DNA of 50,505 nucleotides from Terrimicrobiaceae bacterium (GCA_041752695.1 JBGSVZ010000034.1:1-50505), one strand, 5' to 3'; counted from the first letter of the stretch, positions 1 to 9,321 are shown. Notes: a model not told the origin generated them from the sequence alone. Numbers and translations are program-made.

Positions 1-477
1 CCCGAAGGGCGCGGGGCGGCGGAGCGCTTGCTGGCCATCCTCACCCTCACCCTTCAGCCCGGCGAAAACTTCGAAGCCCGGCTGGCCGCCCTGGTGGGGG
101 GAAGCGACGTGGTGCACCGCGATGTTTCCGGCGGTCGCGTCCGGCTGTTTTTTGCCTCCCCCGCCGACGCCTCGCGTTCGGCCCGCGCCATCCAATGGGA
201 AATGGGCGCCGCCCTCACCGGTGCCCTCGGTCTGCATGCCGGCCCGGTGCGGATTGCCATCCATCCGCTCACCGGCGAAAAGGTGGGCCGCGGCGAACAT
301 ATCACCAAATCCGACGCCCTCGCCGCCCTCACGCCCGCCGGGCTCATCTATGCCTCGTCCGCCTTTGCCGCCCTGCTCGGCCTGCAAGACGGCCCGGACA
401 CCCGGGGCGAATTCCTCGGCTACCGTGCCCTCTGCGAAGGTGCGGCGCGGGAGCCGGTTTTTCAGGTTTTACCCTGA
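1..477 (+). CDS. 5'-truncated protein; C-terminal degenerate class III nucleotidyl cyclase-like domain
   Basis: Frame is open from base 1. GLHAGPV and TPAGLIYASSAFAALL resemble the cyclase C-terminal core, but the catalytic Asp and N-x3-R residues are not visible. Confidence 0.55.
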   Translation, partial: PEGRGAAERLLAILTLTLQPGENFEARLAALVGGSDVVHRDVSGGRVRLFFASPADASRSARAIQWEMGAALTGALGLHAGPVRIAIHPLTGEKVGRGEHITKSDALAALTPAGLIYASSAFAALLGLQDGPDTRGEFLGYRALCEGAAREPVFQVLP

Positions 478-526
478 TCCTTCAATCAGGGTTTGACAGT
501 ATGGAACCGGTTGTGATGTCTCGACC

Positions 527-1150
527 ATGCTCATTCGGATACGTCCATTCGCCATGGCTCTGTTCGCCTCTGCGGGCCTTCTTTTATCCCAGAGTCAGCA
601 GGAGATGAATCGCCAGGCTGAGGCGGATGCCGCCGTCGCGGACAAAAAACTCAATGCGGCTTATCAGAAGGCGATGGCCGATCTGGACGACGAGGGGAAG
701 GCTCTCCTCAAAGCGTCCCAGCGCGCCTGGCTGGCTTATCGGGATGCGGAAGCCGCCCGGGTGGCGGATGAGATGCGGGACGGCTCGGCGGCACCTTTGC
801 TGTACGCGGGCACGCTGGCTACCCTCACCAAGGAACGCACGGCGCGTCTGAATGAGGCTTCCGGCGAGAGCGAGGAGGAAGGCGAACCCGCGGGAGCGGA
901 GTCCGTGAAGAAGGCCGGAGCACTTTTCTAAAAAGCCTATGCCAGTCACGACCGCGAGGCCGCCGCCGAAGTCGCCGCCAAAGCCGCGCTTGACGAACTG
1001 AATTGGGACGCCTCGGCCGGAAAACCCGAAGGCCTGCAACTGATGGATCCCACCCACATTTATTATGTCGGCGGCTCCATCGAACTGAAGATGAAGAAAA
1101 ACGCCGACGGACGCTGGTACGTGGCCGCGCTTGAATTGACCGCCGACTAA
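527..1150 (+). pseudogene. Lysozyme inhibitor LprI (DUF1311) family secreted protein with C-terminal domain, interrupted by in-frame TAA at 929-931
   Basis: Signal-like N-terminus; LprI pattern QQEMN...ADKKLNAAYQ...LKASQRAWLAYRDAE...TKERTARL; the same frame continues 72 codons past the TAA to a stop at 1148-1150. Confidence 0.7.
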
Positions 1151-1173
1151 TACCTCCTGAAGTGCCTACCACT

Positions 1174-1755
1174 ATGAAACGTCTCCTCCTCTTCGCCACC
1201 GCCCTATTTGTCACCACCACCCTCCAGGCCGACCCGGCGGGACGATGGACCAGTGCGACCAAATACACCCGGAATTCCCTCACCTATTCCGCCACCGCCA
1301 GCCTGCTCCGACAGAAAACGCCCATTACGATTGTTTTCGGCTGCGATCCCACCTCGGACAAGGAGAGTTCCGGAACCCTTGGTTTTGAGGTGGAGATAAA
1401 AAATCCCTCAAAAATCACAGCCTTTCCCTTCGACGATTTCGAGGGACCCGACGCCGTGGCTGCCCCGGAGGTTCGGGTGACCCTCAGCCGAAAGGACAAA
1501 CCCGCGCTCACCTTCAAAACATCGGCCGGCGGATGGTATTCCGAGGTGGACACCTTTTGCTTCGGCGTCTCCGAGGTCAGCAAAAAATCCAAAAGCGTGC
1601 CGCGCTCGATTCTTCAGGCCCTGGCTGAAGGCGACGCCGAGAGCCTGAAAATCACAATCGCGAACCCACGCGACCCCAAACGTGCTTTGGAAATGACGGT
1701 TCCCGTGGCCGGCAAGCAATCCGATTTCCAAACTTTACTTGCTGGATTGAAGTAA
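1174..1755 (+). CDS. Secreted hypothetical protein
   Basis: MKRLLLFATALFVTTTLQA signal peptide; co-oriented and tightly spaced with neighbours. Confidence 0.75.
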   Translation: MKRLLLFATALFVTTTLQADPAGRWTSATKYTRNSLTYSATASLLRQKTPITIVFGCDPTSDKESSGTLGFEVEIKNPSKITAFPFDDFEGPDAVAAPEVRVTLSRKDKPALTFKTSAGGWYSEVDTFCFGVSEVSKKSKSVPRSILQALAEGDAESLKITIANPRDPKRALEMTVPVAGKQSDFQTLLAGLK

Positions 1756-1759
1756 CCTC

Positions 1760-2833
1760 ATGAAAAAGATCTGCGCCCTCCTTTTTGCCACGGTCTTGCT
1801 CCCGGCCGCGAGCAACGCGTTGGAGTGGGAGATTGAAATGCCCTTCGACGACACGATCTATCCTTCGATCGTCGTCGGAATGCGAGGTTTCATGGACGGG
1901 GAGGACATGAAAGAAACCGAGATTGGCGACCCCATCGGAATGATCGGCGCTTCGATCACCGCGCCGGAAGACGATTTTGAAGTCAAGGTGACCGTTGAAG
2001 AGACCGACTTTTTCAAGACTTCCTCCATCAAGGCCATCCTCCCCAAAAAGGGCAAAACCTACAGTGTGATGCCGATCCTTCGCTACCAGGTCTCGAACCT
2101 TCTCAAACACAAACAAAAGGGTTTCGACACCGCCCATGTCACGGTCGAAACCGCCGATGGAGAATACGATGACACCAAGCGGTTCGAGGTGCGGAGCATC
2201 AATGACTGCGTGCTCGGCCTGATGCACAACGAGGAATTCATCAACACGCGGTTCCTCTTCGCAGCCTACGTCAATGAGAACAACCCCGCCCTCGACAAGA
2301 TCCTTGGCTATGCTCTCAAGGAAGGCTATGTCGATTCCTTCATTGGCTACCAGGGCACTCGCGGTGATGTCGTCAAACAGGCAACGGCCATTTACAAAGC
2401 CCTGCAGGATATGGGTTTCAAATACTCCAGTATCACCGGTGCCTCCGGAAAGTCCGACAGCATCTTCACCCAGCATATTCGCTTCGTCGGCGAGTCCCTG
2501 GACACCAGCCAGGCCAACTGTATCGATGGCACGGTCATGATGGCATCCCTCTTCATGAAAATCGGTTTGAACCCGGTCATCATCTGCGTTCCCGGCCATG
2601 CCTACGTCGGGGTCTATAAATCCACCGCCAGCAAACTCGAGTTTCTCGTGCCGATTGAGACCACCGTGGTTGGGAGTTCGAGCTTCGACCATGCGGTCAA
2701 ACTCGGCCAGGAAAGCATGGCCAAACATGCGGAGGATTTTGCCGACCCCGAAAACATGAGTTGTCTCATCATCGACATCCGGGAATCTCGCGACATGGGG
2801 ATCGATCCCATTCAAGAAGCAGAAGTGCCATGA
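1760..2833 (+). CDS. Secreted protein with transglutaminase/papain-like catalytic core
   Basis: Signal peptide; ANCIDG...ASL...GL.P...VPGHAYVG...PIETT gives a Cys-His-Glu arrangement typical of transglutaminase-like folds. Confidence 0.65.
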   Translation: MKKICALLFATVLLPAASNALEWEIEMPFDDTIYPSIVVGMRGFMDGEDMKETEIGDPIGMIGASITAPEDDFEVKVTVEETDFFKTSSIKAILPKKGKTYSVMPILRYQVSNLLKHKQKGFDTAHVTVETADGEYDDTKRFEVRSINDCVLGLMHNEEFINTRFLFAAYVNENNPALDKILGYALKEGYVDSFIGYQGTRGDVVKQATAIYKALQDMGFKYSSITGASGKSDSIFTQHIRFVGESLDTSQANCIDGTVMMASLFMKIGLNPVIICVPGHAYVGVYKSTASKLEFLVPIETTVVGSSSFDHAVKLGQESMAKHAEDFADPENMSCLIIDIRESRDMGIDPIQEAEVP

Positions 2834-3312
2834 AAGCATTTTTTCTCCCTCTTTTCCTTTTCGCGGTGTCCGGCCTGACCGCCGTCGCCCAACAGGACAC
2901 CGCCTACCATCGGAAAATTTACGCCGAGATTAACGACCGGCTCGATGAATTTGGCTTCAACACCGTGAAGATCAAACGGGCGGGTGCCACGGAAAAAACC
3001 GCCGTGAAGGTCTGGTTCGAGGCCAGCATTGTTCGGAAGGTGATCCTGACCGAAACCCAGGGACCGGCATACACCCGCACCACCGAATTTTATTACAACC
3101 CCGATCAGGTTCTTACGTTTGTCTTCATGACAGACAAGGAGAGTAAGACCGTCCAGGAGTCGCGGATGTATTTTTCCAAAAACGGCGACCGCATGATCAA
3201 GTGGCTGGCGTGGAACAAGGAACCCGTTCCGCCCGAGTCGCATGACTTCCGAGATTTCGGCGCGGAGCTGATTCGGGTCTCCGACGAGATTTTGAGCCAG
3301 GTGGGGGACTAG
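2830..3312 (+). CDS. Secreted hypothetical protein
   Basis: ATGA overlap with the upstream stop; signal peptide MKAFFLPLFLFAVSGLTAVA. Confidence 0.75.
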   Translation: MKAFFLPLFLFAVSGLTAVAQQDTAYHRKIYAEINDRLDEFGFNTVKIKRAGATEKTAVKVWFEASIVRKVILTETQGPAYTRTTEFYYNPDQVLTFVFMTDKESKTVQESRMYFSKNGDRMIKWLAWNKEPVPPESHDFRDFGAELIRVSDEILSQVGD

Positions 3313-3335
3313 AAGCGGTCCGAAAGGTCTATGGA

Positions 3336-3387
3336 TGGAGGGCGGCAGGCCCTTGCCGCCTGGGATGCGGTAGCCCGCATCCCTCCA
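3336..3387. repeat. Inverted pair of GGAG-type REP-like palindromes between convergent genes
   Basis: TGGAGGGCGGCAGGCCCTTGCCGCC (3336-3360) and inverted GGGATGCGGTAGCCCGCATCCCTCCA (3362-3387); related copy at 17506-17531. Confidence 0.6.
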
Positions 3388-3410
3388 GTTTTTGAGGTTT
3401 CGGACGGCCT

Positions 3411-4697
3411 CTAGGGAAACAACCCCCGCGCCTGGCGCGCGGCGAGGACGCGTTCGACGCCGATGGAAAGCGCGGCGCTGCGATGGGCGATTTTGCGATC
3501 CTTCGCGCGTTTGATCACCGCGCTGAAGGAAGTGTCGAGGATGCGGTAGAGGCGGTCGGTCGTTTCGATGTCCGACCAGAAAAAATTCTGCAGATCCTGC
3601 ACCCACTCGAAGTAGGAAACGATCACCCCGCCGGAGTTGCAGAGGATGTCGGGAATGATGAAGACCTCGTCCCACCGCTGGTTGAGAATCTCGTCCGCGT
3701 CCGGCGTGGTCGGGCCATTCGCCGCCTCGGCCAGAATGCGGCACTTGATCTGGCCGGCATTTTTTTCCGTGATGACACGCTCGACCGCGGCGGGCACCAG
3801 CACGTCGCAGGGGAGGGTGAGAAAATTTGCCGGGTCCACCCGTTCGCCCTGGGGAAAATCCCGCAGCACCCCATGCTGGGCGACATGACGGTCCGCCGCG
3901 GCGACATCGATCCCCTTGGGGTCGTAGAGGGACACGGTGTGATCACTGATGCCGACAATTTTCATGCCGGACTTGAACGCCAGGCCGCCGGCCGTGACGG
4001 AGCCCACGTTGCCGAAACCCTGCACGATGGCGGTACAGTCGGAGGGTTTGATTTTCAGGTGGTCTAACGCGCGATCAATGAGGAAAACCACGCCGCGACC
4101 GGTGGCTTCGCGCCGACCCGCCACCCCGCCTAGGGCAACAGGTTTGCCGGTCACAATCTCGCCGATCGCGGTGCCCACATGGACGGAATACGTGTCCATG
4201 AACCAGCCCATCACCTGCTCGTTGGTCCCCATGTCGGGCGCCATCACGTCGGTATGCGGACCCACAAAAGGAATCATTTCCTGCATGTAGCGGCGGGAAA
4301 CCAGTTCGAGTTCGTGTCGGCTGAGGGTGTTCGGATCCACGCGAACCCCGCCCTTGGCGCCTCCATAGGGCAGTCCGACCAGGGAGCATTTCCAACTCAT
4401 CCAGATGGCCAGCGCGGCACACTCGCCGATGGTGAGGTTCGGGGAAAAACGGGTCCCGCCCTTGGTCGGACCGATCGCGAGATGGTGCTGCACGCGGTAG
4501 CCGTGAAAGACATCGACCGAGCCGTCGTCGCGATGAATGGGCAGCGCCACCGACACCGCCCGCTTGGGATAGATCAGCCGCTCGCGCTGGTTGTCGGCAA
4601 TTTCCAAATGGTCGGCAATCAGGTCAAACTGCCGCTTTGCCATCTGGAAAACGGGGTCCGAATAAATGGGGTCGGTGGAAAATTCGCCGTTGGACAT
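3411..4697 (-). CDS. gdhA: Glutamate dehydrogenase (Glu/Leu/Phe/Val dehydrogenase family)
   Basis: GYRVQH, GPTKGGTRF, GGAKGG, APDMGT, GRREATGRG, QGFGNVG, EAANGP, NSGGVIVSYFEWVQ. Confidence 0.93.
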   Translation of the reverse strand: MSNGEFSTDPIYSDPVFQMAKRQFDLIADHLEIADNQRERLIYPKRAVSVALPIHRDDGSVDVFHGYRVQHHLAIGPTKGGTRFSPNLTIGECAALAIWMSWKCSLVGLPYGGAKGGVRVDPNTLSRHELELVSRRYMQEMIPFVGPHTDVMAPDMGTNEQVMGWFMDTYSVHVGTAIGEIVTGKPVALGGVAGRREATGRGVVFLIDRALDHLKIKPSDCTAIVQGFGNVGSVTAGGLAFKSGMKIVGISDHTVSLYDPKGIDVAAADRHVAQHGVLRDFPQGERVDPANFLTLPCDVLVPAAVERVITEKNAGQIKCRILAEAANGPTTPDADEILNQRWDEVFIIPDILCNSGGVIVSYFEWVQDLQNFFWSDIETTDRLYRILDTSFSAVIKRAKDRKIAHRSAALSIGVERVLAARQARGLFP

Positions 4698-4776
4698 AAC
4701 GGAGAAAACCTACCCGGGAATCCGTCGGCGGGCTACGCCGTTTTTTCGAGCCACGTTCCGGTCGGCCGGAGCAAAC

Positions 4777-6105
4777 TCATGCCCGCGGGTGGACCCGTTG
4801 AAATCGCTTCTCGTAGATCTCCAGCAGGGGATTGCTCAGGCCATGGAGGATGATGCTCAGGGCCACGACCGAAAGGGTGATGCCCACAATCTCCGCAGCT
4901 TGGGTGCTGAGACCATGGGTGAGGGCGTAACTCAAGTAGTAGAGACTGCCGATTCCCCGGATGCCAAACCAACCCATCAGCCACCTCTGAGTCAAATCAG
5001 TGGGAGTTCCCTTTAAAAAAAGCAGGGTGCACGCCGGGCGGATAAGTCCGAAGAAAACCAGGGCCAGCGGAATCGCCCGCCAATCCCAATACGTCGCCAG
5101 ACAGATTCCGAGCAGCACGACCATCATCACTTCCAGCAACCGCTCCGCCGTGTCGCCAAAGGCAAGGATCTCGGCGAACAAACTTCCGGTGGTTTTGGTC
5201 TGATGAGGGACTGAGCCTTGCTCACTGCGGCTGTGGGCAAATTCCTCCGCCGGAGGATGGGGATGTTTTTCCCCGGATGCCACGGCGGGGTGAGATTGAA
5301 CGACCTGCACCTCGCTGCGCCGAAATCCCAGGCCAGCGGCGAAAACAGCCAGAAACCCCCAGGCGCCGCAGGTTTCCGCCCCCGCATAGGCCAGAGCAAT
5401 CAGCGCCAGGGCCAAAAAATCCCCGGGAGCGCCCGAATCCGGGTAGCGCCTTCGCAGAACAATGGCCAGGCGCCCCACCCATTTTCCCAGATAAAATCCC
5501 AAGACCAGTCCGGCCGGAATCGCCCAGACCAGGCGGTGGAGCGCCCAACCTCCGATCCAGTCCCCGCCTCCCCCGTGCTCCATCCACAACAGAGAAAAAA
5601 CCACGAAAGGAAAGGCGGCGCCGTCGTTAAAACCGGCTTCGCCCGATAGTCCGTATCGCATGCGATCCTGGTCCCCGGCATGACTCACGGCCACCCGACC
5701 AGCCAGCACCGGATCGGTAGGCGCCAGCACCGATCCCAACAAAAGAGCCGTTCCCCATGTCCAGCCAAACCCATAGTGGACAAAGGCGGCAAGGCCCGCG
5801 ATGGAGCCCACCATCACCGGACCCGCCAGCCGGAACGACGCGAACCAGGCCGGATCGGAAAGCGGCAGGCGAAGTTTTAATCCGCCGACGAATAGGGAAA
5901 GGATCACAGCGATTTCCGTCAGGTGCTCGAAGACGGTCTTTTGCGTGAGAAAATCGATGGATCCCAGCCCAATCCGCCCAATGGCCCATCCCAACGCCAG
6001 ATAGATGCCCGATGAGGTCACGGGCAGGCGGGGCAAGTACGCCGAGGACAACGCCATCATCAGGAAGAGGCCTCCTGACAGGGCGATCCAGCTTACGAAA
6101 TTCAT
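4777..6105 (-). CDS. Cation:proton antiporter (CPA1/NhaP-like)
   Basis: Many TM segments; APTDPVLA, GEAGFNDG and WFGIRGIGSLYY motifs. Confidence 0.88.
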   Translation of the reverse strand: MNFVSWIALSGGLFLMMALSSAYLPRLPVTSSGIYLALGWAIGRIGLGSIDFLTQKTVFEHLTEIAVILSLFVGGLKLRLPLSDPAWFASFRLAGPVMVGSIAGLAAFVHYGFGWTWGTALLLGSVLAPTDPVLAGRVAVSHAGDQDRMRYGLSGEAGFNDGAAFPFVVFSLLWMEHGGGGDWIGGWALHRLVWAIPAGLVLGFYLGKWVGRLAIVLRRRYPDSGAPGDFLALALIALAYAGAETCGAWGFLAVFAAGLGFRRSEVQVVQSHPAVASGEKHPHPPAEEFAHSRSEQGSVPHQTKTTGSLFAEILAFGDTAERLLEVMMVVLLGICLATYWDWRAIPLALVFFGLIRPACTLLFLKGTPTDLTQRWLMGWFGIRGIGSLYYLSYALTHGLSTQAAEIVGITLSVVALSIILHGLSNPLLEIYEKRFQRVHPRA

Positions 6106-6440
6106 TGGCGCTTGCCCCCAGCAAAGCCAGGAAGGATCTCCCGCAGGAAATGCGACTCAACTTCCAGATTGGTGTTTGCGTGCGCCATAAATTCCCTGCG
6201 GTCCCTTTCAATCGGATGCCGCTGGGGAATTGGCGGCATGGTCTGTCCCGATCTGGGAAGAACCAAGAGTGAGGGGATGCCGAGGCCGGTTTCGGCGGAG
6301 GTTGGTTTGTGGTTTTCACGCTGGCGCCGTTCCGCCAAAACGTTCCGTCGCGCGGCGGGCGGGTGAGGGGGTTGTGGCAGTCCTGGCGCGGAAAATCTTG
6401 TCCATTGACATCCGGCCATGTCGGCGGATGGTAGGCGCGT

Positions 6441-6608
6441 ATGAAAAAATTCCTGCTCAGTCTTGCGTGTGTTGGTTTGGTTTCCGTGCCGGCTTTCGCC
6501 GGTTCCTGCCCCTCGGGCGGCGGTTGCGGTGGCGGCGACAAAACCAAGGAAGGTGAAAAACCCAAGGAGCCTGTCAAACAGACCCTGGTGGTTAGCGTTC
6601 TGGAATAA
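6441..6608 (+). CDS. Small secreted Cys/Gly-rich protein, 55 aa (not in ORF track)
   Basis: MKKFLLSLACVGLVSVPAFA-GSCPSGGGCGGGDKTKEGEKPKEPVKQTLVVSVLE; TTGACA at 6405-6410 upstream and a strong terminator downstream. Confidence 0.8.
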   Translation: MKKFLLSLACVGLVSVPAFAGSCPSGGGCGGGDKTKEGEKPKEPVKQTLVVSVLE

Positions 6609-6627
6609 CACCGGTTTCCGGTTCTCC

Positions 6628-6662
6628 AAGGCGCGCGGGGGAAACCTCGCGCGCCTTTTTTT
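6628..6662 (+). terminator. Rho-independent terminator
   Basis: AAGGCGCGCGGGG-GAAA-CCTCGCGCGCCTT followed by a T run. Confidence 0.85.
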
Positions 6663-6737
6663 GTGGGGTGACGGAGGCTTTTTCGGAGTTCGTATTTTTT
6701 CCGCTACGGGGAGAAGCCATTTTCGGCTCTAATCCCC

Positions 6738-7691
6738 GTGATGGCCCGCCGGGATTTTTCCACTGTAGACTGGGATGTTTTGCGCGCCCGCGTGCGCTTG
6801 GCAGTCGGGACTCTGCAAACAATCCTCGACCGTTCGGCGGTGTGGCGGACGTTTGTCACGACCCTGCGGATCTACACGGAGACCGACGGCGAGCAGCGGG
6901 CGGCTTCCTTTGCCTACTACGTGTTCTTTTCGCTGTTTCCGCTTCTGGCTCTTCTTCTCACGGTCGGATCGGCCTTCCTGAATCCGGTCGAGATTGTGGA
7001 GGCAATCAAGGGGTTTTTGCCGCTGGACTCCGACCAGCAGGGGTTTCTCTGGAAAGGGGTGAAAAACCTCGAGGAAGCGCGCGGCAGCGTGGGTCTCGCG
7101 TCCCTTTTGATTCTGATCTGGTCGTCGCTCCGCTTCTTCAAGGCCCTGGTTCGGGGGGTCAATCGCGCCTGGCACACGGTCGAAATTCCCTGGTGGCAGG
7201 TCCCGCTGAAAAATTTCACGATGTTGATGATCATTGGCAGCGCGTTGTTTGCCGGTCTGCTCATTCCTGCGCTACTCCAGGGAGCCCGATTCGCCCTGGT
7301 GGAGGCGGCGGATCTTGTCCAGCTCAACTTCCCCGACTTTGACCTGCATTTTGTCTCGGGCATTCTGAATCTCAGCCGCTACCTCATTGGCGCGGTGGTG
7401 TTGTTTTACTCCTTCAGCCTGCTTTACATGTTCGCGCCGAGGTGGCGGGTGGCCTTTTCGCAGGTGTGGCACGCGGCCTTGCTGGTCACGCTGGCTCTGC
7501 AGTTCTGCCAGATTGCCTTCGTGCATTTCCTGCCGAGGATCGTGAACTACGGCATCTACGGCGCGGTGGGCAGCCTCATGCTGCTGCTGCTCTGGGTCTA
7601 TGTCTCGGGCATCATCATCATTTTCGGAGGATGCCTGTGCGCCGCCCGGGCGCAGGTGCGGGGAGAGAGCCTTACTCCAGCCAGTTCATGA
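6738..7691 (+). CDS. YihY/virulence factor BrkB family membrane protein
   Basis: AASFAYYVFFSLFPLL, NRAW and YGAVGSLMLLLLWVY motifs. Confidence 0.88.
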   Translation: MMARRDFSTVDWDVLRARVRLAVGTLQTILDRSAVWRTFVTTLRIYTETDGEQRAASFAYYVFFSLFPLLALLLTVGSAFLNPVEIVEAIKGFLPLDSDQQGFLWKGVKNLEEARGSVGLASLLILIWSSLRFFKALVRGVNRAWHTVEIPWWQVPLKNFTMLMIIGSALFAGLLIPALLQGARFALVEAADLVQLNFPDFDLHFVSGILNLSRYLIGAVVLFYSFSLLYMFAPRWRVAFSQVWHAALLVTLALQFCQIAFVHFLPRIVNYGIYGAVGSLMLLLLWVYVSGIIIIFGGCLCAARAQVRGESLTPASS

Positions 7692-7821
7692 CGTTGAAGT
7701 TCGCCGAAACCATCGCGGTGACCAATGCGGCCGTGGCGAGGAAACCGAGCACGGCAAACACGGGCACGGCAATCAACACCCGGCGGATGAGGCGGTCCTC
7801 CTTGATTTCAGCGTCTGTCAT
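7672..7821 (-). CDS. Small single-TM membrane protein, 49 aa (not in ORF track)
   Basis: MTDAEIKEDRLIRRVLIAVPVFAVLGFLATAALVTAMVSANFNVMNWLE; TTGACA-17 nt-TATCCC directly upstream. Confidence 0.65.
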   Translation of the reverse strand: MTDAEIKEDRLIRRVLIAVPVFAVLGFLATAALVTAMVSANFNVMNWLE

Positions 7822-7827
7822 TTCCGA

Positions 7828-7856
7828 GGGATAAAAGGGCGCGGCAGGGATGTCAA
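7828..7856 (-). promoter_or_regulatory. Sigma70-type promoter, probably leaderless
   Basis: -35 TTGACA (7856-7851), 17-nt spacer, -10-like TATCCC (7833-7828), ATG 6 nt further downstream. Confidence 0.5.
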
Positions 7857-7872
7857 TTCCGGGATGTTTCCC

Positions 7873-9321
7873 TTACCCAGGGAAGGTAACGGTGACCTCG
7901 GTGCCTTCGCCTGGAGTGCTTTTCAGGGTGATGGAGCCTTGGGCGCGGCTGACGATGGATTTCGCGATCGCGAGGCCCAGTCCGGTGCCGCGGCGGCCGG
8001 TCACCGGGTTGGCCGTGGTGAAAAACCGCTCGAAAACCCTGGGCTGGAGGGCGGGGTCGATGCCGCAACCTTCGTCGTGGATGGTGGCTGAGCGCGCGCT
8101 GACAGTGAGGTGAATGGTTTTGCCTCCCGGTGTGAAGGCGAGAGCGTTGTCGAGGAGGATTTCCAGCAGGCGGCGGAGTTGCTCGGCGGAAACCGGGACG
8201 GTTGTCTCCGAGGGTTCAATGGTGGCGTGGAGGTGGAGGCCCAGAGCCTCGGCGCGCGGACGGCAGGCTTCGGTCACGGCTGTGGCCACTTCGGACAGCG
8301 ACGACGAGGCGTTTTCCGAGGGCAGGGTTTCGATGCGGGAGAGGGCGAGCAGGTTGTTGACGATGTCGGTGAGGCGGTCGGTTTCCGCGCGGATCCTGCC
8401 GACGAACTTCTGTCGCACGGCCGCGTCGGGGGCGTCGTCGATAATGTCCGCCGCCCCGCGGATGGCGGCGAGCGGCGTCTTGAGTTCGTGGGAAAGGGTG
8501 GACGCCATCTCCTCGATGTAGGCCTTGCCCTCCAGTTTACGCCGCATGGTTTCGAGGGCGCGGGCGAGGTCGCCGAGTTCACTTTGCGTCCAGGTTTCCA
8601 ACCGCACGCCGGACTCCCCGGCGGCGATGCGTTCGGCTCGGTGCGCCAGGCCGGTGATCACCCGGGTGAGGTAGTTCGACAGCAGGTACGAGGTGCCCGC
8701 CGCGATGAGGAAGGCTATGGCCACGGGGAGGGCGAGATCTTTCAGGGAACGGAGGACCGACTGACGGACGTCCGCGGTGGACTTGATGACACTGATGGCG
8801 CCGGCCACCTTGCCCGCTTCAAAAACCGGCACCGTGGCGTAGAGGATGACCACTTTTCGCCGCCGGTCGCGTTCCCAGCGCGCGCCGTATTTTCCGCCGA
8901 GGGCTTTGCGGACGTCGCTCCGGGCGGACCAATCCATGCCCGCGGGCGCCTCCCCTTCCGTGTCGGAGCGGACCAAGCCGGCGGAATCAAACGTCACGAC
9001 TCGAATCCCGGGGGAAAGGTCGCGAAACACCCGGCGGTCGATTTCTTGCGCCCGGTCCAGGGAACCCAGGGCGTCCGGCTCTTTTAAGGCGTCCGCCAGG
9101 ACGAGCGCGGTATCGATCATGCCCTGTTCGGTGGAACGCAGGTGGCTGTACTCGATGGTCACCCGCACCTCCCAAAGGAAATAGACCGCGGGCAAAAATG
9201 AGCCGACGAGGAGCAGGGCGAAGATTTTCCAATGCAGGCTGTGCAGGGGCGGCGCAACGCGGCTGATGAGGCGTTGGATGAAATAAACCAGCCGCCAGCC
9301 GGGCGACAGCGGGGAGGTCAT
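7873..9321 (-). CDS. creC: Sensor histidine kinase, CreC-like
   Basis: Two TMs, HAMP, LSHELKTPLAAIRG H-box, N/G boxes (DNA, DEGCGI, GTGLGL); STEQGMIDTALVLA resembles CreC; ATGA overlap with the response regulator. Confidence 0.75.
   Translation of the reverse strand: MTSPLSPGWRLVYFIQRLISRVAPPLHSLHWKIFALLLVGSFLPAVYFLWEVRVTIEYSHLRSTEQGMIDTALVLADALKEPDALGSLDRAQEIDRRVFRDLSPGIRVVTFDSAGLVRSDTEGEAPAGMDWSARSDVRKALGGKYGARWERDRRRKVVILYATVPVFEAGKVAGAISVIKSTADVRQSVLRSLKDLALPVAIAFLIAAGTSYLLSNYLTRVITGLAHRAERIAAGESGVRLETWTQSELGDLARALETMRRKLEGKAYIEEMASTLSHELKTPLAAIRGAADIIDDAPDAAVRQKFVGRIRAETDRLTDIVNNLLALSRIETLPSENASSSLSEVATAVTEACRPRAEALGLHLHATIEPSETTVPVSAEQLRRLLEILLDNALAFTPGGKTIHLTVSARSATIHDEGCGIDPALQPRVFERFFTTANPVTGRRGTGLGLAIAKSIVSRAQGSITLKSTPGEGTEVTVTFPG

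Noticed and set aside
929..931. Stop-codon reassignment or programmed read-through
   Set aside because: Single case; TAA, TAG and TGA all terminate other genes normally in this window.
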